Shown: in pieces, positions 11,010 through 22,363 of the stretch
Layout: every line of letters starts with the position of its first letter
Numbering within the stretch: the stretch's first letter is position 1
Assembly (NCBI GenBank): GCA_963769935.1
Contig: CAVYNY010000032.1
Location: forward strand, 215,621 to 279,620
Origin: an uncultured delta proteobacterium
GTDB lineage: Bacteria > Desulfobacterota > Desulfobacteria > Desulfobacterales > JAFDCJ01
Direction: 5' to 3'
DNA: 64,000 nt
Notes under the pieces: model-generated
The model's database searches: none
Seen by the model: only the letters and a program-made list of their open reading frames with translations
What the model was told of the DNA's origin: nothing
Made by a program: the position numbers and the translations under genes

Positions 11010-11624
11010 ATGAGCAAACGGCAATCGAAAAAGGTCGGGACAGAAGCCGCCGCCAGGGTGCCGGCCGGATCCGGCCTTCTATTTATCCTTTCGGCGCCCT
11101 CCGGAGCCGGCAAGTCGACGCTGTGCCGGGCCGTGCGGCAGCATTTCCCGGATCTGCTATATTCGATCTCTTACACCACAAGACCGCCCCGTCCAGGGGA
11201 GCAAAACGGAGTGGACTACCATTTCATTACCAAAACGGCGTTTGAAAAAAGAATTGCCCGCGAGCAGTGGGCGGAATGGGCCGAGGTTCACGGCAACTAT
11301 TATGGTACCGCCGCCGAATTAATAGACCAGGGGCTCAGGGACGGACGGGACTTTTTGCTGGACATTGATGTTCAGGGTACCCGCCGAATTCTGAAGCGAT
11401 ATCCCGCAGCGATTACCTTTTTTATTATGCCGCCGTCGCTGGAAGCCCTGCGCCGCCGATTGGAAAGCCGGGGTACCGACAGCCCTGAGGTGATCGCCGT
11501 TCGCCTGGAGAATGCCAAGCAGGAGATGGCCTGCAAAGATCGCTACCGGCATGTCATAATCAACGATCGACTTTCGGATGCAGTGGCCGAGCTGATCGGC
11601 ATCATTGAGAGATACCGCTCGTGA
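11010..11624 (+). CDS. gmk: Guanylate kinase
   Basis: SAPSGAGKST, SYTTRPPRPGEQNGVDYHF, HGNYYGT. Confidence 0.97.
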   Translation: MSKRQSKKVGTEAAARVPAGSGLLFILSAPSGAGKSTLCRAVRQHFPDLLYSISYTTRPPRPGEQNGVDYHFITKTAFEKRIAREQWAEWAEVHGNYYGTAAELIDQGLRDGRDFLLDIDVQGTRRILKRYPAAITFFIMPPSLEALRRRLESRGTDSPEVIAVRLENAKQEMACKDRYRHVIINDRLSDAVAELIGIIERYRS

Positions 11625-12370
11625 AGACCGAGATTTTATATGGTATTCATCCGGTGTATGAAGCACTGGCAGCCCGGAGCCGCCGGATTTACGAGATCTA
11701 TCTGGCTAAGGATAAAAATGCCGCACGGTTTGACCGGATTCTATCGCTGGCTGAATCCCGTGGTATTGCCCACCAGACCATCGAACCCGGTGATTTCAGC
11801 GGACTCGTGGGGACAGCGCGGCACCAGGGAGTGGCAGCCAGAGTCAGTCCGTATTCGCCCATCGCTTTTTCAGACCTGTTGCAGACGGTGCGAAGCCGGA
11901 GCGCCAATTTTTTTTTGTTGATGCTCGACAACATCCTCGACCCCCAGAACCTGGGGGCCGTCATCCGGACCGCACTGTGTGCCGGCGTCGACGGCGTGGT
12001 CGTGCCCAAAGACCGCAGCGCCTCACCCACACCTGCGGTATCCAAAGCCTCGGCCGGCGCCCTCGAACACGTCCGGTTGAGCCGGGTGACCAATCTGGTG
12101 CAAACCATCAAACAGTGCAAAAATAGCGGGATGTGGATTATTGGACTGCAGAGAGATGCGACGCAGTCCATTTATGCCGGTGACCTGACCGGATCCATCG
12201 CCCTTTTGCTTGGCGGTGAACAAAAAGGCCTGCGTCCACTGGTAAAAGACAACTGTGATTTTTTATTATCCATTCCCCAGCAGGGTCCGGTGGACTCTCT
12301 CAATGCCTCGGCCGCCGCTGCAATCGCCATGTATGAGGCGGTAAGGCAGCGGCGGGAGCTGATGGAATGA
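11621..12370 (+). CDS. rlmB: 23S rRNA Gm2251 methyltransferase
   Basis: HQGVAA, DPQNLGAVIRTA, SKASAGA, SLNASAAA SPOUT motifs. Confidence 0.93.
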   Translation: MKTEILYGIHPVYEALAARSRRIYEIYLAKDKNAARFDRILSLAESRGIAHQTIEPGDFSGLVGTARHQGVAARVSPYSPIAFSDLLQTVRSRSANFFLLMLDNILDPQNLGAVIRTALCAGVDGVVVPKDRSASPTPAVSKASAGALEHVRLSRVTNLVQTIKQCKNSGMWIIGLQRDATQSIYAGDLTGSIALLLGGEQKGLRPLVKDNCDFLLSIPQQGPVDSLNASAAAAIAMYEAVRQRRELME

Positions 12371-12399
12371 CAAATGAGTGATTAATAACGAGGCCGACC

Positions 12400-13248
12400 G
12401 TGATTCCCGGCTTTTTTCAGAAACTATACCAGGTTTTAGGCCAGGCCGTTTTTCCGCCAAAATGTCTGGTTTGCAGAACCTTTTTTCAACCACCGGCCCG
12501 GGATGCCGACATGGATTCCAAGCCGGTTGACAGCTATGCGCCCACCAGGGTCCCGTCGCTGCAAAGCCAGCTGGACAGGCTGCTGGCATACTATTTATGC
12601 CCGGCCTGCCTTCGCGGATTGGTTGAGGTTGAATCGCCGATTTGCGTCTGCTGCGGGTTGCCGTTTAAGAGCCGGCAGGGGGATGACCACCCCTGTGGGG
12701 ATTGCAGCGCCTCGCCCAAGAAATTCAGAATTGCCCGTGCGCCGCTGGTATATGAACAGATTCTGACCAGGGTTATCCATTGTTTCAAGTACAAAGGCAA
12801 AATTCAACTGGCGGAGCCCCTTGCCGCAGTTCTTCAATCAACATTTCGACGGTTCTGGGATCAGGACAGTATCGATATGATCATACCGGTGCCGCTTCAC
12901 ATAAAAAGACTCCGCAAGCGAGGGTTCAATCAGGCTTACCTTCTGGTTCGAAACTGGAATACTGCCGCCGGACAAAGCTGCTCCGGGCTGACCGATCTGC
13001 GAATCGAACGCGACGTTTTGGTTAGAACAGTGTCCACGGCCCCCCAATCGGCGCTTGGTCGAACGGATCGGGCCGTCAATATCAAAAATGCCTTTACACT
13101 GATTGATCCGGATAGGATAATAGGCAAACGGATCCTGCTGGTTGATGATGTCTTCACCACCGGTGCAACGGTGGATGAATGCGCCCGTATATTGTTAAAA
13201 TTCGGCGCCGAGCACGTCGACGTACTGACGCTGGCCCGGGCGGTTTAA
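12400..13248 (+). CDS. comF: ComF family protein (Zn ribbons plus PRTase)
   Basis: Multiple CxxC, PVPLH..RGFNQA, LLVDDVFTTGAT. Confidence 0.92.
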   Translation: MIPGFFQKLYQVLGQAVFPPKCLVCRTFFQPPARDADMDSKPVDSYAPTRVPSLQSQLDRLLAYYLCPACLRGLVEVESPICVCCGLPFKSRQGDDHPCGDCSASPKKFRIARAPLVYEQILTRVIHCFKYKGKIQLAEPLAAVLQSTFRRFWDQDSIDMIIPVPLHIKRLRKRGFNQAYLLVRNWNTAAGQSCSGLTDLRIERDVLVRTVSTAPQSALGRTDRAVNIKNAFTLIDPDRIIGKRILLVDDVFTTGATVDECARILLKFGAEHVDVLTLARAV

Positions 13249-13350
13249 CGCGGTTTTATTCCAACTTCGAAATTCCGGTCATCCGGACTGTTTCATTCCC
13301 GCTGGACGACCATAACCGAAACCGAATGCCATGGGGTAGGAGATCGTCGA

Positions 13351-13836
13351 ATGGATGTATCTGCCAAAATAGCAACAGCCGGCAAACTGATTTCCGGTTT
13401 GGATAAAGCGCGCCAGGCCGGTAAAAAGATCGTTTTCACCAATGGCTGCTTTGACATCCTGCACGTCGGTCACGTCAGGTATCTTGCGGCCGCCAGGTCC
13501 GCAGGCGACCTGTTGGTTGTCGGGCTGAACTCAGATGCATCCGTGCGGTCGATAAAAGGCGATCGGCGGCCGCTGGTAAACCAGGACCAGCGTGCGGAAG
13601 TTCTGGCAAGCCTGATGTGCGTGGATTATGTCGTGGTATTCGATGAGCCTGACCCGCTGAGATTGATTCAAACGCTAAAACCGGACATACTGGTCAAAGG
13701 TGCTGATTGGGGAGAGGAAAATATTGTCGGCGCCGAGTTTGTAAAATCAAGGGGCGGTAAAATTATACGGGCGCAACTGGTGCCGGAGACTTCTACCACT
13801 CAGATCATCGATCGCATTGTCAGGAGATTCTGCTGA
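13351..13836 (+). CDS. rfaE2: D-glycero-beta-D-manno-heptose 1-phosphate adenylyltransferase
   Basis: VFTNGCFDILHVGH, GLNSDASV, LVKGADW. Confidence 0.93.
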   Translation: MDVSAKIATAGKLISGLDKARQAGKKIVFTNGCFDILHVGHVRYLAAARSAGDLLVVGLNSDASVRSIKGDRRPLVNQDQRAEVLASLMCVDYVVVFDEPDPLRLIQTLKPDILVKGADWGEENIVGAEFVKSRGGKIIRAQLVPETSTTQIIDRIVRRFC

Positions 13837-14609
13837 TGATTCACACCAGCAAAAACGGCACATCCTATTACCGGTTTGAAAACCTGGCGGGCTGGGACGG
13901 AATCGACCATAGGATTTTCACACGCGGCAACGGTTTCAGCCCCCGGCCTTTTGCCAGTTTGAATGTCTCCCTGGGCATCGGAGATGCTGAAACAAATGTT
14001 GTCCGAAATCGGGACCTCATCCGCCGGAGCATGGCAGGGGGCGATTTTGTTTACGCCCGCCAGGTCCACGGATGCAGTATTGCCGTGCTGAAAGGTCCTG
14101 GACCGGAGCCAGGCGCCGAAACTGCTGCCGGTGCCATAACCGCAGACGCCCTGGTAACCGACCTGCCCGGCAAATATCTGGTCATTCAGGTGGCGGACTG
14201 CCAGGCTGTGCTTTTATATGATCCTGTCCGCCGGGTGATTGCCAATGTACATTGCGGCTGGCGGGGCAGCCTGCTCAACGTCATCGGCCGCGCACTCGAG
14301 GCGATGACGCATCATTTCGGCTGCCGCCCTGAGCGTATTCGGGCCGGGATCGGCCCTTCCCTGGGTCCCTGTTGTGCTGAATTTATCAATTATAAAGCGG
14401 AGATTCCCGCTGACTTGTGGACTTATAAGGAGGCCAACGATCATTTTGATTTTTGGGCCATCAGCCGCGATCAACTGATGCGCGCCGGGGTTGTGGAGAA
14501 AAACATTGAAGTCAGCCGGATTTGCACCCGCTGTCGAACCGATGAGTTTTATTCCTATCGCGCTGCCAAGACCACCGGCAGATTTGCGGTGGTGATCGGG
14601 ATTAAATAA
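13836..14609 (+). CDS. pgeF: PgeF/YfiH family protein
   Basis: QVHG, ADCQAV, HCGWRG, FYSYR. Confidence 0.92.
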   Translation: MIHTSKNGTSYYRFENLAGWDGIDHRIFTRGNGFSPRPFASLNVSLGIGDAETNVVRNRDLIRRSMAGGDFVYARQVHGCSIAVLKGPGPEPGAETAAGAITADALVTDLPGKYLVIQVADCQAVLLYDPVRRVIANVHCGWRGSLLNVIGRALEAMTHHFGCRPERIRAGIGPSLGPCCAEFINYKAEIPADLWTYKEANDHFDFWAISRDQLMRAGVVEKNIEVSRICTRCRTDEFYSYRAAKTTGRFAVVIGIK

Positions 14610-14658
14610 TTGAATATCGAATATTGTAAATCTTCAATCTTCAATTGAGAAGGGGGCC

Positions 14659-15456
14659 ATGCATCAACAACCTTCAAAAGTATTGTTCAACGAAAAAGTC
14701 GGACCGGTCTATTACAAAATCGGCTTGTCATGTTCCGATCATTACAGCCTTGCCAAGCCCGGCCAGTTTATTATGCTGCGGGTAACCGGACAGGCAGGAC
14801 CTCTGCTGCGCCGCCCCTTTTCGATTTACAATCTCATCGCGTCCGACGGGGCCGCCGAAGGCCTTGAATTGTTATACAAGGTGGTGGGGAAAGGAACCGC
14901 GGCACTTGCCTTGCAAAAACCAGGAGATACCGTCGACATTCTCGGCCCCCTGGGTTCCGGTTTTCTGATTCCCCCCCGGGCAAAACACATTTATATTGCG
15001 GGCGGCGGAATCGGCATCGCCCCCCTGGTCTTTCTGGTTTCTCAGCTGCACCGCCAAAAAGCCGATCTCTCTAATTGCCGGGTGTTTATCGGAGGCCGCA
15101 CCCAGGAAGATCTTTTGGGCCTTGCCGATTTGGCCCAGCTTGGGGTGAGCGTGCAGACCAGCACCGATGACGGCAGTGCCGGTGACCAATGCCTGGTGAC
15201 CCATCCGCTGGAAAACGCGGTCGAACATCTGGCGCCGGATATTATCGCTGCCTGCGGGCCGATGGGAATGCTGGCATGCATAATCGGTATCGCCGAAAAA
15301 TACGGCGTGCCGTGCCAGGTTTCCATCGAAACCATGATGGCATGCGGCATGGGAGCCTGCCTGGGATGTGCGGTCGAGGGGCGCGGGCGCCACGATCGCT
15401 ATCTGCACGCCTGTCTGGATGGTCCGGTTTTTGATGCCGCGATGCTGAAAATTTAA
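14659..15456 (+). CDS. pyrK: Dihydroorotate dehydrogenase electron transfer subunit
   Basis: LRRPFSI, GGGIGIAP, MACGMGACLGC..CLDGPVF. Confidence 0.92.
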   Translation: MHQQPSKVLFNEKVGPVYYKIGLSCSDHYSLAKPGQFIMLRVTGQAGPLLRRPFSIYNLIASDGAAEGLELLYKVVGKGTAALALQKPGDTVDILGPLGSGFLIPPRAKHIYIAGGGIGIAPLVFLVSQLHRQKADLSNCRVFIGGRTQEDLLGLADLAQLGVSVQTSTDDGSAGDQCLVTHPLENAVEHLAPDIIAACGPMGMLACIIGIAEKYGVPCQVSIETMMACGMGACLGCAVEGRGRHDRYLHACLDGPVFDAAMLKI

Positions 15457-15566
15457 TGTGAAAAGATGAAATTTGCGTTGACTTGCAATCAATCCTTTGT
15501 TAGGTACAAAATCTTTAATCTGGTCTGGTTTCTATTTTCTCCCGGCACGGGGAGGGGACCATCTCG

Positions 15567-15785
15567 ATGAGAAGAGAAACCAGACGCGCCTACAAGGAAC
15601 TGGCTTATTACAGCGGCCTTGGAATTTCCGTTTCATTTGCAATTTTCATCGGCCTGGGGATCGGGGTTTTGTTGGATCGTATATTCGACACGTCGCCCTG
15701 GTTTACGCTGATTTTTCTGGTATTGGGAATTATTGCCGGTTTCAGGAACATCGCGCTGATTATAAAAAGGGCCCGCAAACTTTAG
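15567..15785 (+). CDS. AtpZ/AtpI-family ATP synthase accessory protein
   Basis: Two hydrophobic segments, LD..F.TSPWF motif; first gene of the F0 operon. Confidence 0.88.
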   Translation: MRRETRRAYKELAYYSGLGISVSFAIFIGLGIGVLLDRIFDTSPWFTLIFLVLGIIAGFRNIALIIKRARKL

Positions 15786-15869
15786 ACGCTCACACCCCAT
15801 CGACAACCTGCTGTCGATGAGGAAATATGCTGTTCTCTATTGCTGATTGACGGTTTGAAGATTAACAAA

Positions 15870-16256
15870 GTGGAGATTCAAAAACGCATACTGACGTTTG
15901 TGACCCGTTCAAACTGGATCCTGTTTGTTGGGATCAGCATCCTGGGTTTTTTGCTTTTGCCGGCTGAATTTGCCAGAGGCATGCTATTTGGCGGTCTGCT
16001 TGTCACCCTGAATTTTCATTTGCTGGCGAGAACATTAAAACGAGCCCTTACCCCCCCGCATCTTTCCTCCCACAATATTGTTATTGCAAAATACTTTCTG
16101 CGCTTCATCGGCACCGGATTCATCATCTTCATCCTGATTGCCGGCAACTTTGTAAATCCTCTCGGACTTATTATAGGGCTTTCCGTGGTGGTCCTCAGCA
16201 TCATGTTTGCGACCATGTGTGAAATTGCAAAACTTATTTTCAAGGAGGCAGTATAA
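15870..16256 (+). CDS. atpI: ATP synthase protein I
   Basis: Four hydrophobic segments, directly upstream of atpB; start uncertain. Confidence 0.85.
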   Translation: MEIQKRILTFVTRSNWILFVGISILGFLLLPAEFARGMLFGGLLVTLNFHLLARTLKRALTPPHLSSHNIVIAKYFLRFIGTGFIIFILIAGNFVNPLGLIIGLSVVVLSIMFATMCEIAKLIFKEAV

Positions 16257-16258
16257 GG

Positions 16259-16948
16259 ATGGAACATCCCTATCTATTTTTAGTCAAGCTGTTTGAGGCG
16301 ATCGGGCTGGGACATTTCGCCCATCTCTATCCCCATGTGATTTATTCCTGGTTTGTGATCCTTCTGCTGATTGTCTTTGCGATCCTGGCAACCCGCAAAA
16401 TAGAGATGATTCCCACCAAGGGGCAGAACTTTTTTGAGATTGTTATCTCCGGCATGGAAGAGTTCATGGTCGATATCACCGGTGAAGAAGGGCGCTGGTT
16501 CTTCCCGATTATTGCTACCATATTTATTTATATTGTAGTCTGCAACTTATTGGGACTGGTCCCCGGGTTCTATCCCCCCACGGCCAGTCTCAATACAACC
16601 GTATCCTGTGCCATTCCGGTGTTTGTGTTTACGCATTTTATCGGTGTCAAATATCACGGCCTAAAATATATCAAACAATTTATCGGACCTGTCTGGTGGC
16701 TGATTCCAATTTTCTTACCCATTGAAGTCATCGGCCATCTGGCAAGGGTTCTGTCCCTATCCTTTCGTCTTTTCGGCAACATGACCGGTCATGAACTGGT
16801 GCTGGGGATCTTGTTCATGTTGGCCGGCGCTTTCTTCGCGCCGCTGCCGATCATGGTCATGGGTATTTTCGTGGCATTCGTTCAGGCCTTTGTCTTTTTC
16901 CTGCTGTCAATTATGTATTTCACCGGCGCCATGGAGGAAGCACACTAG
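16259..16948 (+). CDS. atpB: F0 ATP synthase subunit a
   Basis: QNFFE, NLLGLVPG..PTA, LSLSFRLFGNM, VQAFVF. Confidence 0.97.
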   Translation: MEHPYLFLVKLFEAIGLGHFAHLYPHVIYSWFVILLLIVFAILATRKIEMIPTKGQNFFEIVISGMEEFMVDITGEEGRWFFPIIATIFIYIVVCNLLGLVPGFYPPTASLNTTVSCAIPVFVFTHFIGVKYHGLKYIKQFIGPVWWLIPIFLPIEVIGHLARVLSLSFRLFGNMTGHELVLGILFMLAGAFFAPLPIMVMGIFVAFVQAFVFFLLSIMYFTGAMEEAH

Positions 16949-16964
16949 GCGCAATAAGAGATTT

Positions 16965-17096
16965 AATATTTTCGATTGAATATTGAAAATTTGAGGTTCG
17001 CCTTCGGCGGATCCATTTATAATAATTCAGCAAAGACAGCGCACAACGACATCCACGAATATTCAATATTCAATTTTCATTATTCAATGATTTCAA
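16965..17096. repeat. Inverted heptamer arrays (attgaat ... attcaat) around a spacer
   Basis: ttgaatattgaaaatt ... aatattcaatattcaattttca; similar at 14610-14648 and 28737-28835. Confidence 0.7.
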
Positions 17097-17151
17097 TGGG
17101 TGAAATGGAAGAAGCCCAATAACATATCAACCGAAGGAGGTAAACTACAGT

Positions 17152-17433
17152 ATGGAAACGAAAGCATTAGAGTTTTTTATCGCATGTGTTACGGCGGCCG
17201 GTTTCGGAATCGCGATTGCGGCCTTTGGATGTGGTATCGCCCAGGGTATCGGATTGCGAGCTGCAGTCGAGGGTATTGCCAGAAACCCCGAGTCATCCGG
17301 TAAAGTTACCGTTACTATGCTGATCGGTCTTGCTATGATCGAATCGCTGTGTATCTATGCGCTCGTCGTTGCGTTGATCCTTATTTTTGCGCATCCCCAG
17401 GCAGCCGCAATTAGCGCTCTGTTTGCACATTAA
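17152..17433 (+). CDS. atpE: F0 ATP synthase subunit c
   Basis: GIARNPE, LAMIESL; GGAGG RBS. Confidence 0.97.
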   Translation: METKALEFFIACVTAAGFGIAIAAFGCGIAQGIGLRAAVEGIARNPESSGKVTVTMLIGLAMIESLCIYALVVALILIFAHPQAAAISALFAH

Positions 17434-17463
17434 TAATATAAGATGCGCTCGTTCATCCCAAAA

Positions 17464-17497
17464 GGCTGTGCCCGGCAGACGGGCACAGCTTTTTTTT
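17464..17497 (+). terminator. Rho-independent terminator after atpE
   Basis: gctgtgccc-ggcagac-gggcacagc followed by a T8 tract. Confidence 0.88.
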
Positions 17498-17710
17498 ATG
17501 CTAACATTGAAAAACGGGTCCATTCCAATATCCTACTCTGATGAAACGATTCTTTGCAGCTTTAATCGTATTGCCGGATTTCCTGAGACCGGCATACCCA
17601 CCAAGAAAGTCCTGATTTATCGCTTTAGTTTCCCGACTGCCTGCCGATATAGGCCTTAAGATGCTGTCTTCTGTATGTATTCAAATAAGATTCACTTAAG
17701 GTGATGGATT

Positions 17711-18571
17711 ATGGACGAAAATCATATCATGCAGCAGCTGAATAAAATCAAGGATATTCCAACGCTGCCAACCATTGTATTTGAGCTGAACAAACACCTG
17801 GAGAACCCGGAGACCTCCATTGCCAAAGTCAGCGAGACCATCGAAAAAGATCAGGCGATGGCCTTAAAAATACTCAAGCTGGTCAATTCGGCCTTTTATG
17901 GCTTCAAATCCAGGGTCAGTAATATCAAAAATGCCGTGGTCCTGCTGGGCTTTAATGCCGTACGCAATGCAATTGTGTCCGTCTCCATCATCAATACCCT
18001 GCCCAAGACCCTTTTGTTTCAGGATTTTGAAATGAACGAGTTCTGGAGGCATTCCCTGGCAGTGGCGGTGACCAGCAAAAATATTGCCCAGCGGGCGGGA
18101 CTGGAGTCGCCGGACAATTGCTTCGTCGGCGGACTGCTGCACGATGTCGGCAAAGTGATCCTGGCCCAATACTTCCAGGATCTGTTTGTCAAGGTCTGGT
18201 CCCGCATGCAACAGAAAAGTGTGTCCTTTCATGAAGCTGAGCTGCACGAACTGCCGGTCGATCATGCCAAGATCGGTGCTTATCTTGCCGAGCGCTGGGC
18301 GCTGCCCCAGGGGTTGATCGATGCATTACGCTGGCATCACGAGTTTCAGCCGGATATCCCCAACACCAATTTTGTCATGATCATTTATCTGGCCAACATT
18401 CTGGTCAATGGCTATGACGAAAATCCGGATTGTACGATTGATATGAGTGCCATGCATCCGGAGGCAGTCAAATTTTTGATGAGCCAGCTGCAAGGTACGG
18501 CGGACTGGTATTCCAGTCTGGCTGGTGAAATTGAGGCGGCCTACGAACTATTCCTGGAGCCGGACGCCTGA
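17711..18571 (+). CDS. HDOD domain protein
   Basis: IPTLP, KILKLVNSAFYG, FWRHS, GLLHDVGK. Confidence 0.93.
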   Translation: MDENHIMQQLNKIKDIPTLPTIVFELNKHLENPETSIAKVSETIEKDQAMALKILKLVNSAFYGFKSRVSNIKNAVVLLGFNAVRNAIVSVSIINTLPKTLLFQDFEMNEFWRHSLAVAVTSKNIAQRAGLESPDNCFVGGLLHDVGKVILAQYFQDLFVKVWSRMQQKSVSFHEAELHELPVDHAKIGAYLAERWALPQGLIDALRWHHEFQPDIPNTNFVMIIYLANILVNGYDENPDCTIDMSAMHPEAVKFLMSQLQGTADWYSSLAGEIEAAYELFLEPDA

Positions 18572-18572
18572 T

Positions 18573-18925
18573 GCGGGTTGCGGGTTGCGAGGTGCGTGTT
18601 GCGAGTAGGCAGAGGACAGAGGCTGAGAAGCGGGGAGACGGGGAGACGGAGAAACGGGGAGACGGGGAGACGGGGAGGCTGAGAAGCTGAGAAGCTGAGA
18701 AGCAAAGAAGCTAAGAAGCTGAGAAGCTGAGAAGTAGGGAAGCTGCTGAGTTCGTGAGCTCGTAAGTTCGTGAGCATCAAAACTCTTGAACATTCAGGAA
18801 ACCCATTTGTCAGTTAAACCGATCAACTATCAGCTGGCCCTGTAATCCCTGCTGCCGTGAACCCAGCACTTTATACCTTAGCCCGGTACCTTTCATCTCT
18901 TGCCTCCAACCTCCAACCTCCAACC
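18573..18925. repeat. Modular intergenic repeat (inverted relative to 5000-5475)
   Basis: ggggagac and gagaagct arrays, inverted core 18740-18845, cctccaa array. Confidence 0.85.
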
Positions 18926-21763
18926 TCAAGCCTTCAGGATTTTTGCCAGGTACTGGCCCGTATAGGAATCACTGATCCGGGTGATTTCCTCGGGCGTCCC
19001 GCACCCGATAACATAACCTCCCGCCTCGCCTCCCTCCGGTCCAAGATCAATGATGTGATCGGCGGTCTTGATGACATCCATATTGTGTTCAATGACGATG
19101 ACGGTATTGCCCGCCTCCACCAACTGATTGAGTACATCCAGCAGTTTGCGGATGTCATCGGCATGCAGTCCGGTGGTCGGTTCATCAAGAATATAAACCG
19201 TTTTGCCGGTTCCTTTTTTGCTGAGTTCGCGGGAAAGTTTTACCCGCTGGGCTTCTCCGCCGGATAACGTTGTGGCCGGCTGCCCGATCTGGATATATCC
19301 CAAACCCACCTCCTGCAGGGTTGCCAACTTTGATTTGATTTGCCCGATCCGCGCGAAAAAAGCCGTGGCCTGATTGACGGTCATCTCGAGGACTTCCTTG
19401 ATGTTTTTGCCTTTATAGCGAATTTCCAGTGTTTCACGGTTATAGCGCTGGCCCTGACATACATCGCAGGCGACATAGACATCGGGCAAAAAGTGCATTT
19501 CGATTTTGATGATACCGTCGCCTTGGCAAGCCTCACAGCGGCCGCCCTTGACATTGAAGCTGAAACGGCCGGGTTTATAGCCCCGCAGGCGGGCTTCGGG
19601 CGTGCGGGAAAAAAGATCCCGGATGTGTGAGAACACACCGGTGTACGTCCCGGGATTGGAACGGGGCGTTCGGCCGATAGGGGACTGATCGATATTGACG
19701 GTTTTGTCGATATATTCAATGCCCCGCACCCGGGAGTGGGCGCCGGCCGGGATACCGGCCTGGCGAAGCCTTTGAACCAGGGCGGGATAAAGGGTTTCCA
19801 GCACCAGCGTAGATTTGCCGGATCCGGATACTCCGGTCACACAGGTAAAACAGCCCAGCGGAAAGGTAACATTGATATTTTTTAAATTATTGCGCGAAGC
19901 ACCTTCCACTATCAGCGCTTGGCGGCGATGGGTGCGTCTGGCGGCGGGAACCGGAATGGATTTGCGCCCCGATAAATACTCCCCCGTCAGAGAGGTTTCA
20001 TGGGTCAGCAAATCGGCAGGCGTACCGGCAAAAACCACCTGCCCGCCGTTAACCCCCGCGCCGGGTCCCATGTCGACGATATAATCGGCGGCCCGAATGG
20101 TTTCTTCGTCATGTTCCACCACCAGCACGGTGTTGCCGAGATCGCGCATTTTAAAAAGCGTGTCCAGCAGGCGCTGATTATCTTTCTGGTGCAGTCCGAT
20201 GCTGGGCTCATCCAGTACGTACATCACCCCTGTCAGCTTGGATCCGATCTGGGTGGCCAGACGAATGCGTTGACTTTCACCGCCGGACAGGGATTGGGCG
20301 GCGCGGTCGAGGGTCAGGTAGGATAGTCCGACATTTTGCAGAAATCCGAGGCGCTCTACGATTTCCCGCAGGATTCGGCGGGCAATGATCTCTTTGATGC
20401 CCTTCAGGCGGAGATTCAGGAAAAAGTCGCGACAGCGAGCCACTGACAAAGCCGTGATGTCGGAAATATTGCGGTTGTCGATTTTCACTGATCGACCGGC
20501 TTGATTTAATTTTGTGCCGCCACATTCCGAACAGGGCCGAAAGTTCATGTAGCGGTTAATATCCACCCGGATGTAGTTGGAATCGGTCTCGCGGTAACGG
20601 CGTTCCAGATTGGGAATGACGCCTTCAAACGGCTTTTGATACGTATAGCGGCGATTGCCGCGTTCAAAATAAAACGTGATCGGCCGGCTGCCGGAGCCGT
20701 AAAGCAGGACGTGCTGGAAATCTTCCGGCAGATCTTTGTAGGGCGTGTAGATATCAACACCGTATTGCTGGGTCAACGCATCCAGAAATTCGATGAAATG
20801 CATGCTGTTTCTTTTGGACCAGACAAGCACGGCGCCCTCGCGCAGGGAAAGCGCACGGTTTGGGATGATAAGTTCCGGATCCAATTCGGTCGTCCACCCC
20901 AGACCGTCGCAGTTGGGGCAGGCACCCTGGGGAGAATTGAAAGAAAAGCTGGCGGGTGAAAATTCGGGATAACTGATACCGCATGCAAGGCAGGCGGATT
21001 TTTCACTGAAAAGGATTGTTTCTTTGTCCGGTATGTCCACCGCGACGAGTCCACCGGCTTGGGCCAGGGCCAGTTCCAGTGAATCCGCCAGACGTTTGCG
21101 GACAGCCTCTTTAATAATGAGGCGGTCGACGACCACGTCGATATCATGCTTTTTGGTTTTGCCGATTTCTGCGACGTCTTCGATGTCCAGCGTCCGGCCG
21201 TCAACGCGCACCCTTGCATAGCCTTCTTTTTTCAGTCGCCTGAACAGTTTTTCGTGACTTCCCTTCTGACCTCTTATCAGGGGGGCGAGGATCATTACCC
21301 GGGTACCCTCGGTCAGTGACATGACGCTGTCGACGATCTGGTCGATAGTTTGGGATGCAATGGGACGGCCGCACTGATGACAGTGCGGTGTTCCGACCCT
21401 GGCATACAGCAGACGCAGGTAGTCATAGATTTCAGTCACCGTGCCGACCGTCGAACGCGGATTATGACTGGCTGTTTTTTGCTCGATGGCAATGGCCGGC
21501 GAAAGACCTTCGATCAGGTCCACATCAGGTTTATCCATGCGTTCTAAAAATTGACGGGCGTAGGTCGAAAGGGATTCGACATAGCGGCGCTGGCCTTCGG
21601 CATAAAGGGTGTCGAAGGCCAGGGTCGATTTGCCCGAGCCGGACAGGCCGGTGATGACCACGAGTTTGTCGCGCGGCAGCTCAATGTCGATATTTTTAAG
21701 ATTATGCTGCCGCGCTCCCCGTACAATTATTTTTTCAGAAGACATGGTGTTCTTTTTTTCCAC
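18926..21763 (-). CDS. uvrA: Excinuclease ABC subunit A
   Basis: GARQHNLKN, two Walker A motifs, LSGGE motifs, Zn fingers; start may be 21745. Confidence 0.98.
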   Translation of the reverse strand: MEKKNTMSSEKIIVRGARQHNLKNIDIELPRDKLVVITGLSGSGKSTLAFDTLYAEGQRRYVESLSTYARQFLERMDKPDVDLIEGLSPAIAIEQKTASHNPRSTVGTVTEIYDYLRLLYARVGTPHCHQCGRPIASQTIDQIVDSVMSLTEGTRVMILAPLIRGQKGSHEKLFRRLKKEGYARVRVDGRTLDIEDVAEIGKTKKHDIDVVVDRLIIKEAVRKRLADSLELALAQAGGLVAVDIPDKETILFSEKSACLACGISYPEFSPASFSFNSPQGACPNCDGLGWTTELDPELIIPNRALSLREGAVLVWSKRNSMHFIEFLDALTQQYGVDIYTPYKDLPEDFQHVLLYGSGSRPITFYFERGNRRYTYQKPFEGVIPNLERRYRETDSNYIRVDINRYMNFRPCSECGGTKLNQAGRSVKIDNRNISDITALSVARCRDFFLNLRLKGIKEIIARRILREIVERLGFLQNVGLSYLTLDRAAQSLSGGESQRIRLATQIGSKLTGVMYVLDEPSIGLHQKDNQRLLDTLFKMRDLGNTVLVVEHDEETIRAADYIVDMGPGAGVNGGQVVFAGTPADLLTHETSLTGEYLSGRKSIPVPAARRTHRRQALIVEGASRNNLKNINVTFPLGCFTCVTGVSGSGKSTLVLETLYPALVQRLRQAGIPAGAHSRVRGIEYIDKTVNIDQSPIGRTPRSNPGTYTGVFSHIRDLFSRTPEARLRGYKPGRFSFNVKGGRCEACQGDGIIKIEMHFLPDVYVACDVCQGQRYNRETLEIRYKGKNIKEVLEMTVNQATAFFARIGQIKSKLATLQEVGLGYIQIGQPATTLSGGEAQRVKLSRELSKKGTGKTVYILDEPTTGLHADDIRKLLDVLNQLVEAGNTVIVIEHNMDVIKTADHIIDLGPEGGEAGGYVIGCGTPEEITRISDSYTGQYLAKILKA

Positions 21764-22363
21764 AATTACGGTTTTGCCCTGAACCCTGACGCGAAACCTT
21801 TAAATACTGGCATGGTTCACTTTTTTTTTCAAATAATTTTGCCGCAGGGACCGCGCGGGGTATTATCGTACCCGCTAAGGACCTATTCTGATTGAAGTTT
21901 ATTGCCCCAAAGTTATGAACATTTTATTTTAATCGCTTTTTTAAAATTTGAAGATATTGAAAGAGAATTAGAGAATTCATGAGAAGCCGCGATTGTTAAC
22001 AACTAACGGCAGTTCATGGATATGCTTAGAATGCTTGATAAAATCAATAGGCGTCCAAAGTTTGTGTTTAAGCCTTGTCGTCAAGTGGCCTATGAATAAC
22101 TTAAATGAAAACGGGAAGATAAAAATTGTTCAAAAAAGGTTTCCCCCACAACTTAAACCACAGTTTATCAGGTTTGACACATTTAGCCGGATGCCTTAAA
22201 TGGAGGCTCATGTTTGCTTCTGGCTAGTGCATAATCTGATGTAAACCTTCCCAGCCGAATAACTTCATTCGAATAACATTAACTTAAACCCGGCGGTTTT
22301 TTTTAGCCGCCAAGCTTTGGTTTTATCCTCCAAGCAGGATAACGAGTCGGAATATTACACCCT

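Noticed and set aside
21890..22360. oriC
   Set aside because: No perfect TTATCCACA boxes were found and there is no dnaN neighbour, so the evidence is insufficient.
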